From: Chlorokybus atmophyticus
Lineage: Eukaryota > Plantae > Mesostigma and Chlorokybus algae
Assembly (NCBI GenBank): GCA_009103225.1
Contig: RHPI01000890.1
Coordinates: forward strand, 33,630 to 97,629
DNA: 64,000 nucleotides
Direction: 5' to 3'
Each line of letters begins with the position of its first letter. Positions within the stretch are counted from its first letter, which is position 1. This document shows positions 1-11,680 of this stretch, one piece after another. Below the pieces are notes generated by a model. It saw only the letters and a list, made by a program, of their open reading frames with translations, was not told where the DNA came from and made no database searches. The position numbers and the translations under genes were made by a program.

Positions 1-296
1 GCATTGTTCTTGGCTCTGAAAACGGCTGATAGCTTTTCCCAAGCTTGTCTACCATCTTCACATGCAGTGAGCATGGGAAAGTGATGCGGTTTGCTGTTCA
101 ACACAAGCAAAGAGTGTGCTTCTGCTGAATGCTCTGACCACACAGTGTTCGCTCCTGGTGTTGGTGGTGGTGCCTTCGGATCAACGTACTTCCACACCTT
201 CTTGTGGATGAGCAAGGCCTTCATCTCCACGCACCATGTGTTGTAGTTGTCGGTGTCCAGCTTTGCAATTTGCCCCTTGTCGTAGGTCGCCTCCAT
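1..296 (-). CDS. copia gag N-terminus (partial)
   Basis: Minus strand reads MEATYDKGQIAKLDTDNYNTWCVEMKALLIHKKVWKYVDPK, close to the 12919-15561 ORF start MEASYDKGLITKLDTNNYSTWCVEMKALLIHKKMWKYVDPK. Confidence 0.9.
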   Translation of the reverse strand, partial: MEATYDKGQIAKLDTDNYNTWCVEMKALLIHKKVWKYVDPKAPPPTPGANTVWSEHSAEAHSLLVLNSKPHHFPMLTACEDGRQAWEKLSAVFRAKNN

Positions 297-423
297 TTCT
301 GTCAAGTCTGCCTTTCTTGCAGTTGACACCCAAGGCTCTGCAACCAACAAGCTACCGTAGTGTAGAACTACTATGCACACAAGCTAGTCTCACACTCCTC
401 AAGCGTAGTGTGGGCCCATAACC

Positions 424-847
424 TGTTGAACGACTAGCATGCACATGTAGCTGAGGCAAGCATAGACACACAGAGACAGAGCTACCGCCACCAGAGCATA
501 CACAAGTCACATCACATTCTTCTATTATAAGTTGTCCGCTGGTTCATATACCAGCCAGTTACACACACGTCTACGTTTGCAAGCACTGCGTAAGCTATAC
601 TCAGCCTTTTGACGCGCTCTAGGCTGTGTTGTCTTCCTTACAACTAGAGCTTTCCAACAAGCTCTTACACGCCCAATATGAGTAAGTATACGCGGAGATA
701 CGAAGCAATTAGTAAGGCTCCAGTCTGGAGTCCGGAGTCTGGTCCGACGATGCCATCTTGCTAAGTCCGGACCTAGTGCTCGTCCTTACGACCTTCTACT
801 CCTGTGTGGAGGGTCGATGCTGATCGTATGTAGGAATACTCTCAACA
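424..847 (-). repeat. LTR family A (424 bp), 5' LTR of element A1
   Basis: TG..CA ends with TGTTGA/TCAACA inverted termini; near-identical copies at 3422-3846 (opposite strand) and 24156-24576. Confidence 0.95.
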
Positions 848-3380
848 GTTCGGGCATCTCAGCTATGTCAACCTCACTCGCCTTGTCGCTGAGAAGATGG
901 TTAAGGGCATCCATCTCAGCACAGAAGAACTCATGAATGCATCAGGTGCACTTTGTGAACCATGCATGGTTGCAAAGCAGCATGCTATGCCATTCCCATC
1001 ATCCTCTTCTAGCAGTCAGCATCCTTGCGAACTTGTGCACATGGATGTCTCTGGCCCTATGCGCATTGTGGCGAAGGGAGGGGTCAGGTACTTTGCTACA
1101 TTCCTCGACGACTACAGCAAGATGTCCATCATCTTTCCGTTGACGCTGAAGTCAGAAGTTGCTGGAGCTGTGCGCACAGTTGTGGCCTTGTTGGAGACCC
1201 AATCTGGCAACAAGATGAAGGCAACGAGGAGTGATCGAGGAGGGGAGTACATCAACAAGGAGTTGGAGGAGTTCTTCGCCAGCAAGGGCATACGCCACGA
1301 GACAACGGCACCCTACACCCCGCAGCAGAATGGAGCAGCTGAACGCCTCAACAGGACACTCTTGGAGCGTGTTCGAGCCATGCTCAACGACACAAAAATG
1401 GAAGACAGTATGTGGAAGGAGGCGGTACTCACTGCCAACTACATCCGCAACAGGTCTCCGGTGAGCGCAGAGCAGAAGACTCCGTGAGAGCACTTCTATG
1501 GAGCCACACCAGATGTGAGTGGTATGCGTGTATTTGGATGCACGGCATATGCACTAGTGCCTAAACAGCTCAGGCACAAGCTGGAGCCGGTTAGCAAGAA
1601 GGGCATCTTCGTTGGCTATGAACCGGGTTCCAAGGCTTACAGGATCTTGCTCGAGGACACTCAGAAGATCATCGTGAGCAGAGAGGTGGTTTTCCATAAG
1701 GGATTATCACAACCAGAAGCAGGCTTCTTTCCTGAAGATGAAGCACAGCCGGAGCATCCTGAAACAGTGGAGGCTACAGGCAAGGCCATCATCGACGATA
1801 AGGGTGAGCAGGACTCTACTGTAGCAGACAAGCAGTCGCACCTTAAGCAGGAGCACGCAGCTCGGAGATACCCAGTGAGGGAGAGAAAGGCACCTGACTT
1901 CTTACACAAGGCACACGTCACCAGTGTGCAGAATGAGGAGCCAAGCACCTACGAGGAGGCATTGTTAGCACCAGATGCGGAGCAATGGCAGCGTGCTATG
2001 GACGAGGAGATTGCGTCACTCCATGCCAACAACACTTGGTCACTGGAGCAGATTCCGCAAGGAGTGAAGACCATTCCAGTGAAATGGGTCTTCAAGGTGA
2101 AGCGTGATGGTCAGGGCAACATTGAGCGCTACAAGGCAAGACTGGTGGCAAAGGGCTTCTTGCAGCAGGAAGGTGTGGACTTCAACGAAGTGTTTGCACC
2201 TGCAAGTAAGCATACCACCTTCCGTGCACTGCTAGCTATGGTTGCTGCTGAAGACCTAGAGCTGCATCACCTGGATGTGAAGACTGCCTTCCTCTACGGA
2301 GAGCTGGAGGAGGAGATCTTCATCGAGCAACCACCTGGATATGAAGAAGGGGAGAGAGGCACAGCGTGCAAGCTGATCAAGGCACTGTACGGGCTGCGGC
2401 AGGCACCGCGTATGTGGCACATCAAGCTCACAAAGGAGCTGGAGGCACTTGGCTTCACCGCATCCTCTGCAGACCTTGGACTCTTCATCCATGCAGACAA
2501 CAAGGTCTGGCTGCTCGTGTATGTTGATGACATCATCATCACCGCTAGGCAGGTGCACCACCTGCAAGAGACAAAACTTGCTATACAGCAAGCATTCTCA
2601 GTTCGTGATCTTGAAGAGGCGAAGTGGTTCCTTGGCATGGTGATTGAGCGCGACAGGGCGGCTCGCACAATTAAGATCAGTCAGGAGCAGATGGTGAGAA
2701 GACTCGTCACCAAGTTTGGGCTCACTGAAGCGAAGACCAAGACCACACCGTTGGCACTTGGCACTACTCTCATCAAGGCAAAGGATGAGGAGGTACTCGA
2801 CAAGGCTCGGTATCCATATGGTGAGCTGGTAGGCAGCATGCTCTATCTGGCAGTGTGCACACGTCCCGATGTTGCACATGATGTGGGAGTACTTGCTCGC
2901 TACATGTCTGCACCGAGCATGGAGCACTGGAGAGCAGCAAAGGGAGTACTACGCTATGTTGCTGGGAGCGCAACAGTTGGCATCAAGTTTGGGAGCGGGA
3001 GCACTGAGTTGGAGGGCTATTGCGACTCGGACTTTGCTGGTGACCTCAACAGCAGGAGGTCCACTACAGGCTACGTCTTCAAGCTGAACGGAGGCGTGGT
3101 GAGCTGGAACAGCAGGCTGCAGCCAACAACAGCAGCATCTACATCAGAGGCTGAGTACATGGCAGCGGCAGCAGCAGTGAAGGAGGCACTCTGGCTTCGC
3201 AAGCTCATGGCAGACTTGGAGCACCCCATGGCGTGCATCGTCATCAACTGTGACAACCAAGGAGCCATCAAGTTGTTGAAGCACCCTATCGCCTCGGCAA
3301 GGACGAAGCACATTGATGTCATGCATCACTTTGTGCGTGACAGAGTCACAAGGAAGGAGGACTTGGCATCTGTGTTTAAC
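848..3380 (+). pseudogene. copia pol pseudogene: rve integrase, RT (YVDD), RNase H
   Basis: ORFs 897-1487 (LVHMDVSGP, RSDRGGEY, QQNGAAER) and 1515-3497 (KARLVAKGF, LLVYVDDII, YCDSDFAGD). TGG>TGA stop at 1485-1487. About 100 bp deleted near 3360, removing the ADxxTK RNase H end that is present in the 11681-12976 ORF. Confidence 0.9.
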
Positions 3381-3421
3381 TACAGGAGCAAGCGTTGGAG
3401 GTCAAGCTGCTCGCGTGGGAG

Positions 3422-3846
3422 TGTTGAGAGTCATTCCTACATACGATCAGCATCGACCCTCCACACAGGAGTAGAAGGTCGTAAGGACGAGCACTAGGTC
3501 CGGACTTAGCAAGATGGCATCGTCGGACCAGACTCCGGACTCCAGACTGGAGCCTTACTAACTGCTTCGTATCTCCGCGTATACTTACTCATATTAGGCG
3601 TGTGAGAGCTTGTTGGAAAGCTCTGGTTGTAAGGAAGACAACGCAGCTTAGAGCGCGTCAAAAGGCTGAGTATAGCTTACGCAGTGCTTGCAAACGTAGA
3701 CGTGTGTGTAACTGGCTGGTATAAGAACCAGCGGACAACTTGTAATAGAAGAATGTGATGTGACTTGTGTATGCTCTGGTGGCGGTAGCTCTGTCTCTGT
3801 GTGTCTATGCTTGCCTTAGCTACATGTGCATGCTAGTCCTTCAACA
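3422..3846 (+). repeat. LTR family A, 3' LTR of element A2
   Basis: Reverse complement of 424-847; preceded by a PPT. Confidence 0.95.
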
Positions 3847-4159
3847 GCATGCACAAGTGGTCTCACCTGCAGCTCCTGCTCCCCTCCCAGCCAGAGCGCT
3901 ACCACCTTCCGCGGCACCAGTCTTTCATGCACTGCCATCTCCTCCACGAGCAGCACCGGTGATTGCGGGGCAACAATCCTTCTTGCCGCCACCGGCGAGA
4001 CCACAGCACAACGCAACAACCGATGTGGCTTCTGCACCTATCTTACCCCACCCGCTGCAAGTTGAAGCTGGCAGTCTGCCCCAAACTCAGGTACTTTATC
4101 AGTCACTGCGACTCTTGCCGTCCATAGTCGGACACACCATGTGAGTGCTGTATGCGCAT

Positions 4160-5446
4160 GCAGCAGGGGTCACCACCTGCCAGCGAGTCATCAGAGGAGC
4201 TGGCCGCAACTTGCGTACAACCATCGGTCACGCTAGGTGGCCACCTCGCCTCATGGGACCACTTCAATGTGCCAACGGATGGTAATCGCTTCTACCATTG
4301 TGTGTTTCGCGCCAGGCCATCCATAGCGCAAAGTGTCCTGGATGATCAGAAGTGCCCCAGCTCGAGCAGATTGTGGGCCATGCTGGACACACTATGGACG
4401 ACGGCAATAAGGGGGACACTCTCCGCAAAGTCACCGCCAAGGCTGTCGATGCAAGCGTGGCGAGCAAAATCCTAGAGTTCTGCAGAGCTATTAATGCCGT
4501 GGGAGAGATGGCGCAGTATTACGACAAACTGCCTGCGACCATGTTGGCTGATGTCAATTGCAACATTGACCTAGCCATGGCCAAGGTGCGACAGATCGTG
4601 CGGAGAAAAGATGTGTACGTCGAGCACCTGCAGATGACCATGTTTGCCAACAAGCTGGGCTTGTTGCTTGGCTGCGTGACCGTTTAGCGCGAGCATGGGG
4701 AGTGGGTGCCACAGCCCGGCAGCGCGGTTTGGGTTGGAAATAAAGAAGCCCCCAACTCAATCCTGGTGGTGGGCAACACTGCTCCTGATGAGCCAGAAGC
4801 ACACTTTGGGCTCCTCAAGCCTGCAAGCACCGAACAGTGGTCGTGGCCTATGCATGAAGTGCCATCGGAGGTAACACACCTGATCGGAGAGTGGCGGAAT
4901 GGCGTTGCCAATTCCCCGCTACCACCGGTTGTGACCCAGAGTGCTGCGCCAACGCCTCAGGCCTCGCCTTTGTGTGCTAGGCAAGAAGTAGCCGAGTGTT
5001 CTGCACATCCTGCCTCCCCTCAACCACAGCCACATGCTCGCAATCCCAATTCAGCACCCTCCCTTCCTGCCGCGGAGACTCACTTGCCACCGCACTCTGA
5101 CCATCCGGAGGCATCTCCATCAAGAAACAGCTGTAGCTCGCCCTCTCCCTCTAAGCTTGCCACATTGATCCCAACCTGTCTTGTTGGTAATGAGATTGAT
5201 CGAGGTGTCCTGAAAGCTGCGCTGAAAGACAAAGGCTTCATGCTCGACCTCATGAAGCAACATGAGGTCGTGGAGGAACGGGAGGCAACCAACAAACGCA
5301 AGGCTGTGGAGCAAGAAGATAACGCCTTACCTCCTCTGATTGACAGTGCCACGGAGAGCGCCTGCCAGGATGTGCAGGGTGACAAAAAAAAAAGAAGAAG
5401 GTTGTTGGAACAAAGGACGCTGACAGGACCAAAAAAGGAAAGGTGA
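4160..5446 (+). pseudogene. Degenerate gene with an OTU-like peptidase domain and Pro-rich tail
   Basis: Cys-box-like VPTDGNRFYHCV (expected catalytic C is R) and His-box-like EAHFGLL; frameshift and stop between ORFs 4152, 4352 and 4706. Confidence 0.45.
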
Positions 5447-5542
5447 GGCATCGTTACAACATTAGAAGAAGCACAGCGCCTTGAAGCCTCACTGGGGCTG
5501 ACTGTGTGTCCTGAGTAGGCACAGACGGGTTGACAGCGTCAA

Positions 5543-6496
5543 GTGGCTGCTCAGCATGGTCCAGAGAGACAGCCGGTGCGGCACGAGCTGCCTAAGCTCA
5601 AATCACCGACGCGCAGACGCTTTGGGGGGCTGACTCGTAGTGCAAAGGAGTTGATCACCCTACAGTACGCCCAAGACGCGCTGCATCACCGCATGCGGCA
5701 TGCCTCGAGGTGGGTGACAAAAGTTTGCAATAAGTGGGAGCAAACGCGGTGAATGCGGTCTAAACAGACCTCTGGGTATTGGCCATGTTTGGAACCCATA
5801 CACGATATGGCCATCCGTAGTACGTCGTTGCCCCTTGCCGTCCTCGATATGATGGTGTTGTTGCTGCCGCAGCACCCCGGCAATGTGCAAGAGCTATATG
5901 CGGAGCAGAACTTCGACCTGCTGCAGCAGATGTACCTGTTGATGTCGACTAATGCGGGTCGAGATGTGTGCCACTACCTGAGCAAACATACTGGGTGGCA
6001 AGTAAAACCATTCGAGCTGTACTTGGCATGATTTGGCTGGCAGTGGCTGTATGTCATACGGCACGTTGAGCTGATTCTGTGGAAGCTCGAAAAAAATGAC
6101 GATGCGGGGGAGTACACGAGTGATGACAGCCATGTCGAGGACCTGGATGAACGCATGCTGGACGAGACCACCAAGACCAGCAGGTGGTGTATGGCGGCAG
6201 ATGGGCAACACGTGAACAAGCAGGCAGTGGAGCGTTATGCTGCGCCGTTCAGATGGGAGTCGCTACGCCTGCAATGCGATAACAGAGTTTGGTGGCAGAG
6301 GCAGCTTACACACCCGCGTGCACTATGTGTGCTGATTTGTCGCATTGAAGAGCCACCCCCCCTAGCGGACGGGGAGACGCCCTGTTGCAAGAAAGCGATG
6401 TGCCATGTCTGCATCATAGCACATCAGAAGACTGTGGCAAATAAATCAAAGAATCTACAAGCGTGTCCATTCTGCAAGCAACCTCACCCGTTTTAG
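5543..6496 (+). pseudogene. Degenerate ORF ending in a RING-type zinc finger
   Basis: ORFs 5543, 5753 and 6155 share one frame, separated by TGA stops. C-terminus LCVLICRIEE...TPCCKKAMCHVCI...CPFC has RING-like Cys spacing. Confidence 0.55.
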
Positions 6497-7031
6497 TCGC
6501 CACGCCTGATGCAAGACGCCAACGTGTCGGCGGTGATTTGGCCCCCACCTTGATGCCAATTGTGCATGTATTGTAGTTTTGTGTTGGCTTCCTGTGAACC
6601 ATGTAGGTACATGTATAGTTGCAGCATGGTGCATGGTGCACCAGAGATCTGCTGTTGTTAGAAGCATTAGCTGTACATGTGTATGATGACTGCCCGACGC
6701 ATGAGTCAATGCATGGCTTGCATACCTCGCTGGTTTAGAGCGTGGTTGACAGCAACAAACTCGGACAGCGCTCTGGGTTCCATGGCATGACAGTATTACT
6801 CTACGATCGTGGTAGTATGCGAGTATCCTTGTACTGTAGTACCATTAACAGATGGAGTACCATTCATGTTGATGTAGTACCATGCATGGGTTTGCAATAG
6901 CGTCCTTGGTACAGTCGTGCTTCACTTGAAGTATGACCCATTTAGGGTTCGTAAGATGGCAACCCTAAATTGATGCCCATACCCTAAAGTCTCGCTCAGT
7001 TTGTGGGCAGCCGTGCCGATTCCTATTTTGC

Positions 7032-8760
7032 ATGATGTCGGCGGCAGCAGTTGAATCCCCCTCACCTAGGAGACCAATCTTGGTGTGCCCACGATGCAAT
7101 GCGTACGTATGTGCCAATGGCCGTAGGCAGCAAATGCGAGCACACTTGACCGAATGCCAGCGAGTGCAGACAGTGTGCCACGGTTTTAGTGCTGCTTGCT
7201 GGCATCATATTATACACAATGTCGACGTGTTTGGCTGCCGCCTCGGCCAAGTGCTGTGCAAGGAACCCGAGTTTTTCCATTGCGTACAGTGCGTGCGCGA
7301 ATCGTGCTCGCGCTCATGCTTCGAGTGGCGAGGGGAACCCATGCGCTTCTTCACATGGACAACACCGGGACATGTGGTTAGTGGACAGGTGGTGGATGCT
7401 GTGGAGGTAATCCACAAGAGTGGACCGCGACGTATCACTGCATGTTATGTTGGGCGCATGCTTATTTCATGCATGTTGAAGCTGTTGTCGCATTCAGAGC
7501 AGTCTTGCACGGTGTGGGCGTGGGCAGTTCCATCCCCTGGCCGCTGTAGAGGAGGCAGACCATCGACCGTTGGACGACGCACTGCATCGGCTGCGAAACG
7601 CAATTAAGTTGGGATGCGAGCAGCTGATCGGTGTGAGCGTCATGGTGCATTGGCCGCTGGATGGGGAATGGTATGCGGGCGTTGTGGAATCATTCAAGCA
7701 AGCGTCACGTCAGCATCGCTTCGTGGCGTGCGAGATTGAGGACGCATCATATATGCATGGTGCAATGGAAAATGTCTTTGCAGGGCAGCACCATATAGTA
7801 TTCGATGACGATGATCGATCACAAACCATCAACTTCAAAGGGCACAACGTGTTTGCGTACACATCAGTTGACGGGGCACGCCATATTCTGCGCGCCGGAG
7901 GGGAGAACGTCAGTCGCAAAGTAAGCCCGGACGGCATCATTGTTAGTCCCTGGCCAGCACCACGGCCAGCCTTGACCACATACACGCCATTTGACAACAA
8001 GCTGGGACGCACACGCAGACCAAGGGCACTCGACCTATTCTGCGGCGGTGGCGGTGCCAATGTCGGTCTATACCACGCAGGCTATGACGTGACCGGGATG
8101 GACATAAGTCCCTCCTCTAAGTACCCGCTGCCCTTCATACACCGCGATGTATGCACCCTGAGTGCAGCAGAGCTGAGCGAGTACGAGCTCATCTGGGCCA
8201 GTCCACCATGCCAGGCCTATTCAGGTGCTATCCCGGCACCTCAACGGGCGGCACATGGCACATCCTGGAGACACTAGGATATGATACCGCTTGTCCGACG
8301 TCTGCTGCTTGCAAGCCAGGTCAAGTTTGTGATTGAGAATGTGCCAGGAGCAGCTTCCTCATTCAGACCCAATCTGTTCCTTTGTGGCACGATGTTTAGC
8401 CTATCAACTTTCCGACACCGTCTGTTTGAGACACAGCCAGTGGTAGCTACCCCACCAGCACGCTGCTCGCACGCGGGCAAGGCAGTTGGACTGCTATCGC
8501 CGCACCTGTCCGCTAGCGCGAAGAAGACAATCGTGACATCAAACGCGCCACAGCAGATGTACCCGGTCTATGGCCTTCCAAGCACCAGGGGCGGCATTGC
8601 TGCGTGGCAAACAGCGCTGGGAGTGCCATGGATGACCTCGGCCGTTTCCATAGCGAATGCAGTTCCTCCCGCAATGGCGGAGTGCATAGGGCGTCTCATG
8701 CTTGAAACAATGGATATGCGCTGTGACTACCCTCCTGTGTCATGGAACTATGAGGCTTGA
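7032..8760 (+). pseudogene. Tudor-like domain fused to a phage/bacterial-type C5 cytosine DNA methyltransferase; one in-frame TAG
   Basis: LIGVSVMVHWPLDGEWYAGVVESF...HIVFDDDD (Tudor-like, with a probable 75-bp GT-AG intron at 7709-7783). MTase motifs: I LDLFCGGGG, IV WASPPCQAYS, VI VIENV, VIII RHRLFET, X NAVPPAMAECIG. TAG at 8275-8277. The 5' exon from 7032 is uncertain. Confidence 0.8.
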
Positions 8761-8963
8761 GTGTGGTGCACTGTATTGATGCTTAATGCCACACGGCGGA
8801 CTGATTGTTGAATGTTGCATGGATCATTCGATTGTGGTGACAGTTGTGCAGTGACAGCTGCCCGGTATTGTACACGTCCACATGCAAAAGTCTTAGCATA
8901 CGATTAGCAATGCCTGACTGGCTGATATGCTCCAAACTCAGAGTAGTGAGACAAGTACATGTG

Positions 8964-10317
8964 TCACGTGGAAGTGCAGTGAACGTTCACCCAATACTTG
9001 CCCTCTTGTACACGGGCGCTGTCCTTGTCAAACATGGGGAGCACCTGGACAATGCCTTTTACTTGCTCCAGAGTCACGATATCGAGATGTGGACCGCCTC
9101 GACGCTTTTCCCATTCCAGAGCGATGCACTTTGTGTCGCTCGTCACATCCAGCTTCGTGTACCAGCGGACAAACACGACCTCCTTCCACACGCGCTCGCC
9201 GCTACCACCCCACACCACCACGCGCAGAAAAAGGAGTGCCTGAGCCCACCACGTCACGTTCACACCGTCCTCATCACCTTCCAACTCAAGTGTAGAGAAC
9301 CAAGGCCGCCCATGGAACATCCCAATTGCGCGCGCCATGCTGACTCCTGATGTCATGTACACCGCTGCGCCTCCGTTCACCACGTGAACAGCACGCCACC
9401 CGTCGGCCAACTCCAGTTGTTCCCTCCTCAACCAGCTGTCCAGGGTGGCAGGCAGCTTGTCGGCAAATGGAGTCTTCAAGGCGACTTGGCGGCTACGCGC
9501 AGATCCGCTCCAGTACGGGCTGGACTCCCTCCTTGTCAGCACATCCATCCGTAGCAACTTGTCCGTCTTCTCCATGACATTACAGCACTGCTGCCGCGCC
9601 TGCGCCATGACCGAGCGCATCTCGGGATCCACGACCATGCCATCCTCTCTCACATATTCCGCACAGCTCCATGCCTTCAGGATACATGCCTGGTAGTCCC
9701 GGTGGTTGCCACCACGCGCCCACCGTTTGATATTTTGGGCGTGCGTCTGCTCCATGCGGTTGGCGCTGAACCAATCTGGGTGTCCACTGCTGACAATTGC
9801 CGGCCCAAAATAAGTGAGCTGATGCATCTTCTCGATCTTCCAACCTGACTTCTGTGCAGAATATGACGACAGTAGCGGATGCAACGCTGCAGCTTTGAAG
9901 GCAGCCAGCTCGTTGTCAGCTGTGATCAGGGTCTCTCTTGTGTGTTCATGCGCCTTAAGCAACTTCTTGTTCCACTGGGCAAGCGATGCGGCAGCAATGG
10001 TGAAGAAATCGTTGCCCTCATTGTCGAGCAGCAAACCGTCTGCGAGGACCGGCAGCAACTGCAGCACCGCCACTTTCTCCACCACCTGAAAGGAGTGGTC
10101 GAATAGGAAGAAATCTACTATGCTTGTGGGTGCCTTGAAGTGCGAAACCCGCAGAGTCGCCTTGCATACATTTAGCTTGTGCACATCTGCTCGTGAGCAC
10201 GTGTCGTTGGCTTTTGTGTTCAACACAAAAGCAACACCAAAGATGTGCCTGGCCTGCAGAATCTGTCTCATGGATGGATGCATTCGTTCCTTCGCGGCGT
10301 CGTACACAGCAGCAAGC
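8964..10317 (-). pseudogene. Plavaka-type DNA transposase, C-terminal half
   Basis: KIEKMHQLTYF...FSANRMEQTH and FHGRPWFS...WAQALLFL...VFVRWY resemble Plavaka C-terminal motifs. Joins 26957 in frame (IIDHLL|AAVYDAAKER) once the gypsy insertion is removed. Confidence 0.75.
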
Positions 10318-10556
10318 TGTCGTGCCTGCCATGGTCGAGGGCAACCTTGTCTCGGACAGGTTGCGGAGGAGTGCTAGTGCTGCACGCATGCTAGTGCCGT
10401 GCATTGCATTGGAGTCATGCAAGCAAAAGACAACCCCCCAATCGTGGGCATAGGCTTGAAGATGAGCCTACGCGGTGTTTAGTGCAGTGGACGAGCCGAT
10501 GCCGCTCGCCACCTTTGTGTACAGACTGTGTCGTAGTGCACACAGTCAACAAACCA
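10318..10556 (-). repeat. Gypsy repeat segment A, terminal copy (239 bp)
   Basis: Near-identical to 16332-16570. Confidence 0.95.
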
Positions 10557-10562
10557 CCCCCC

Positions 10563-11227
10563 TGAAGTCAACAAGCCACTACGATAGGTAGTGCTGTGGA
10601 CACAGTTCTTTGCATGAGTGGATAGAATGATACACTGTTAAGTGAGGTGAATGAGTGTGCAACACGTGGATACAACACCCTGACTACCGAAACAACATAC
10701 CACCGTCAAGTTCACAGCAATACAGGCACAGCGCACAAGAGCATGCACCGTGTCTCACGCAGTAAGGGAATTCTTGGCAACCGGGGCAGCGTGCTTCCAG
10801 TTCAAGTCGCTTCACAAGCTCTTTAGAAACAGAGTCTTTACTTCTTGGTACTCCTAGTACTCACAGTACTCACTTACAGTGTCACCAGCCAGTCTGGTGA
10901 CGTGACTTCCTACTTATACATGTCAAATCATGACTGTGCAGTGCCACGCGGGCACTAGGCCAACGGTCACATCGAGGCCTCATGCTATTTCGGAAATCTC
11001 CTAAGACTCGATATAGCACATGTGTCATTAACAGACTTACAACTGATCAGCTACGCGCGGTCCCTACAGACAGGTCTATAAAGTAGCCCTAGCTACATGC
11101 TACATGAGTGGTACAGTAGCTAGCATTAGGCTGGGGCTCGCGCGGTCTTCATGCTGGTAGCCCGGGCGTGGGGCTGGGTGTAGGCATGCTCGAGAAGGAC
11201 TGGCATGCGAGGGTAGATGGCATGACA
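10563..11227 (-). repeat. Gypsy repeat segment B, internal copy (665 bp)
   Basis: Near-identical to 26288-26952. Confidence 0.95.
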
Positions 11228-11680
11228 GCTGTCTGTTGAGAAGCAAGCATGCAAGTGAAGAGGGCAAGCAATGACACACAGGAGAAGGCAACACACTTCC
11301 CGATTTATTACCAACAAACCGCGGGGTTATATACCCGCCAGTCAGTACACAGTTTGTACACACTGCTGGTCTACACGCAACAGCGTCCGATCTACTGAAC
11401 CGAATCCTACGCTGTAAAATGTGTCACGTAGCTAACTCAATAAGCTTTCCAACAAGCTATGCCACGTCCCAAATGACTTAGTATTCTAGGAGATATGACG
11501 ATTCTCCTAGGACCCTTCTCTGCAGTCCGCGGCAGGACCTTTATGTCCGGAGTCTTCGAGGTCCTCCCATCGAGGTCCCTTCTCTTCTCTCTTGTATGCA
11601 GGGCAGGCTGACCGGATGTAGAAATATCTTCAACACTCCCACGCGGGCAGCTTGGCCTCCAACGCTTGGTCTTTTTTCAC

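Larger units (their letters stand above)
1..847 (-). mobile_element. Ty1/copia element A1, 5' end only (5' LTR, PBS, gag start); continues off the left edge
   Basis: LTR 424-847 (TGTTGA...TCAACA), then PBS GGTTATGGGCCC at 412-423 on the minus strand, then gag ATG at 296. It interrupts the pre-integrase region of a plus-strand copia at 848. Confidence 0.9.
848..3846 (+). mobile_element. Ty1/copia element A2, 3' part (pre-integrase, INT, RT, RNase H, PPT, 3' LTR)
   Basis: INT-RT-RH order, purine tract CGCGTGGGAG before the 3' LTR at 3422-3846. Confidence 0.92.

Noticed and set aside
3767-4144. ORF starting MYALVAVALSLCVY, also seen at 23402-24235, as a signal-peptide protein family
   Set aside because: The shared N-terminus is LTR-A sequence read into unrelated flanking DNA.
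8275-8277. Programmed readthrough or reassigned TAG in the DNMT gene; alternative genetic code
   Set aside because: Neighbouring TE ORFs have TAG, TGA and TAA stops plus frameshifts, while predicted makorin exons and long copia ORFs are open. Ordinary decay is the simpler explanation.
3847-10317. Endogenous giant virus or prophage as the source of the DNMT, RING and OTU genes
   Set aside because: No capsid, packaging ATPase or viral polymerase seen; the genes have introns and adjoin a transposase.
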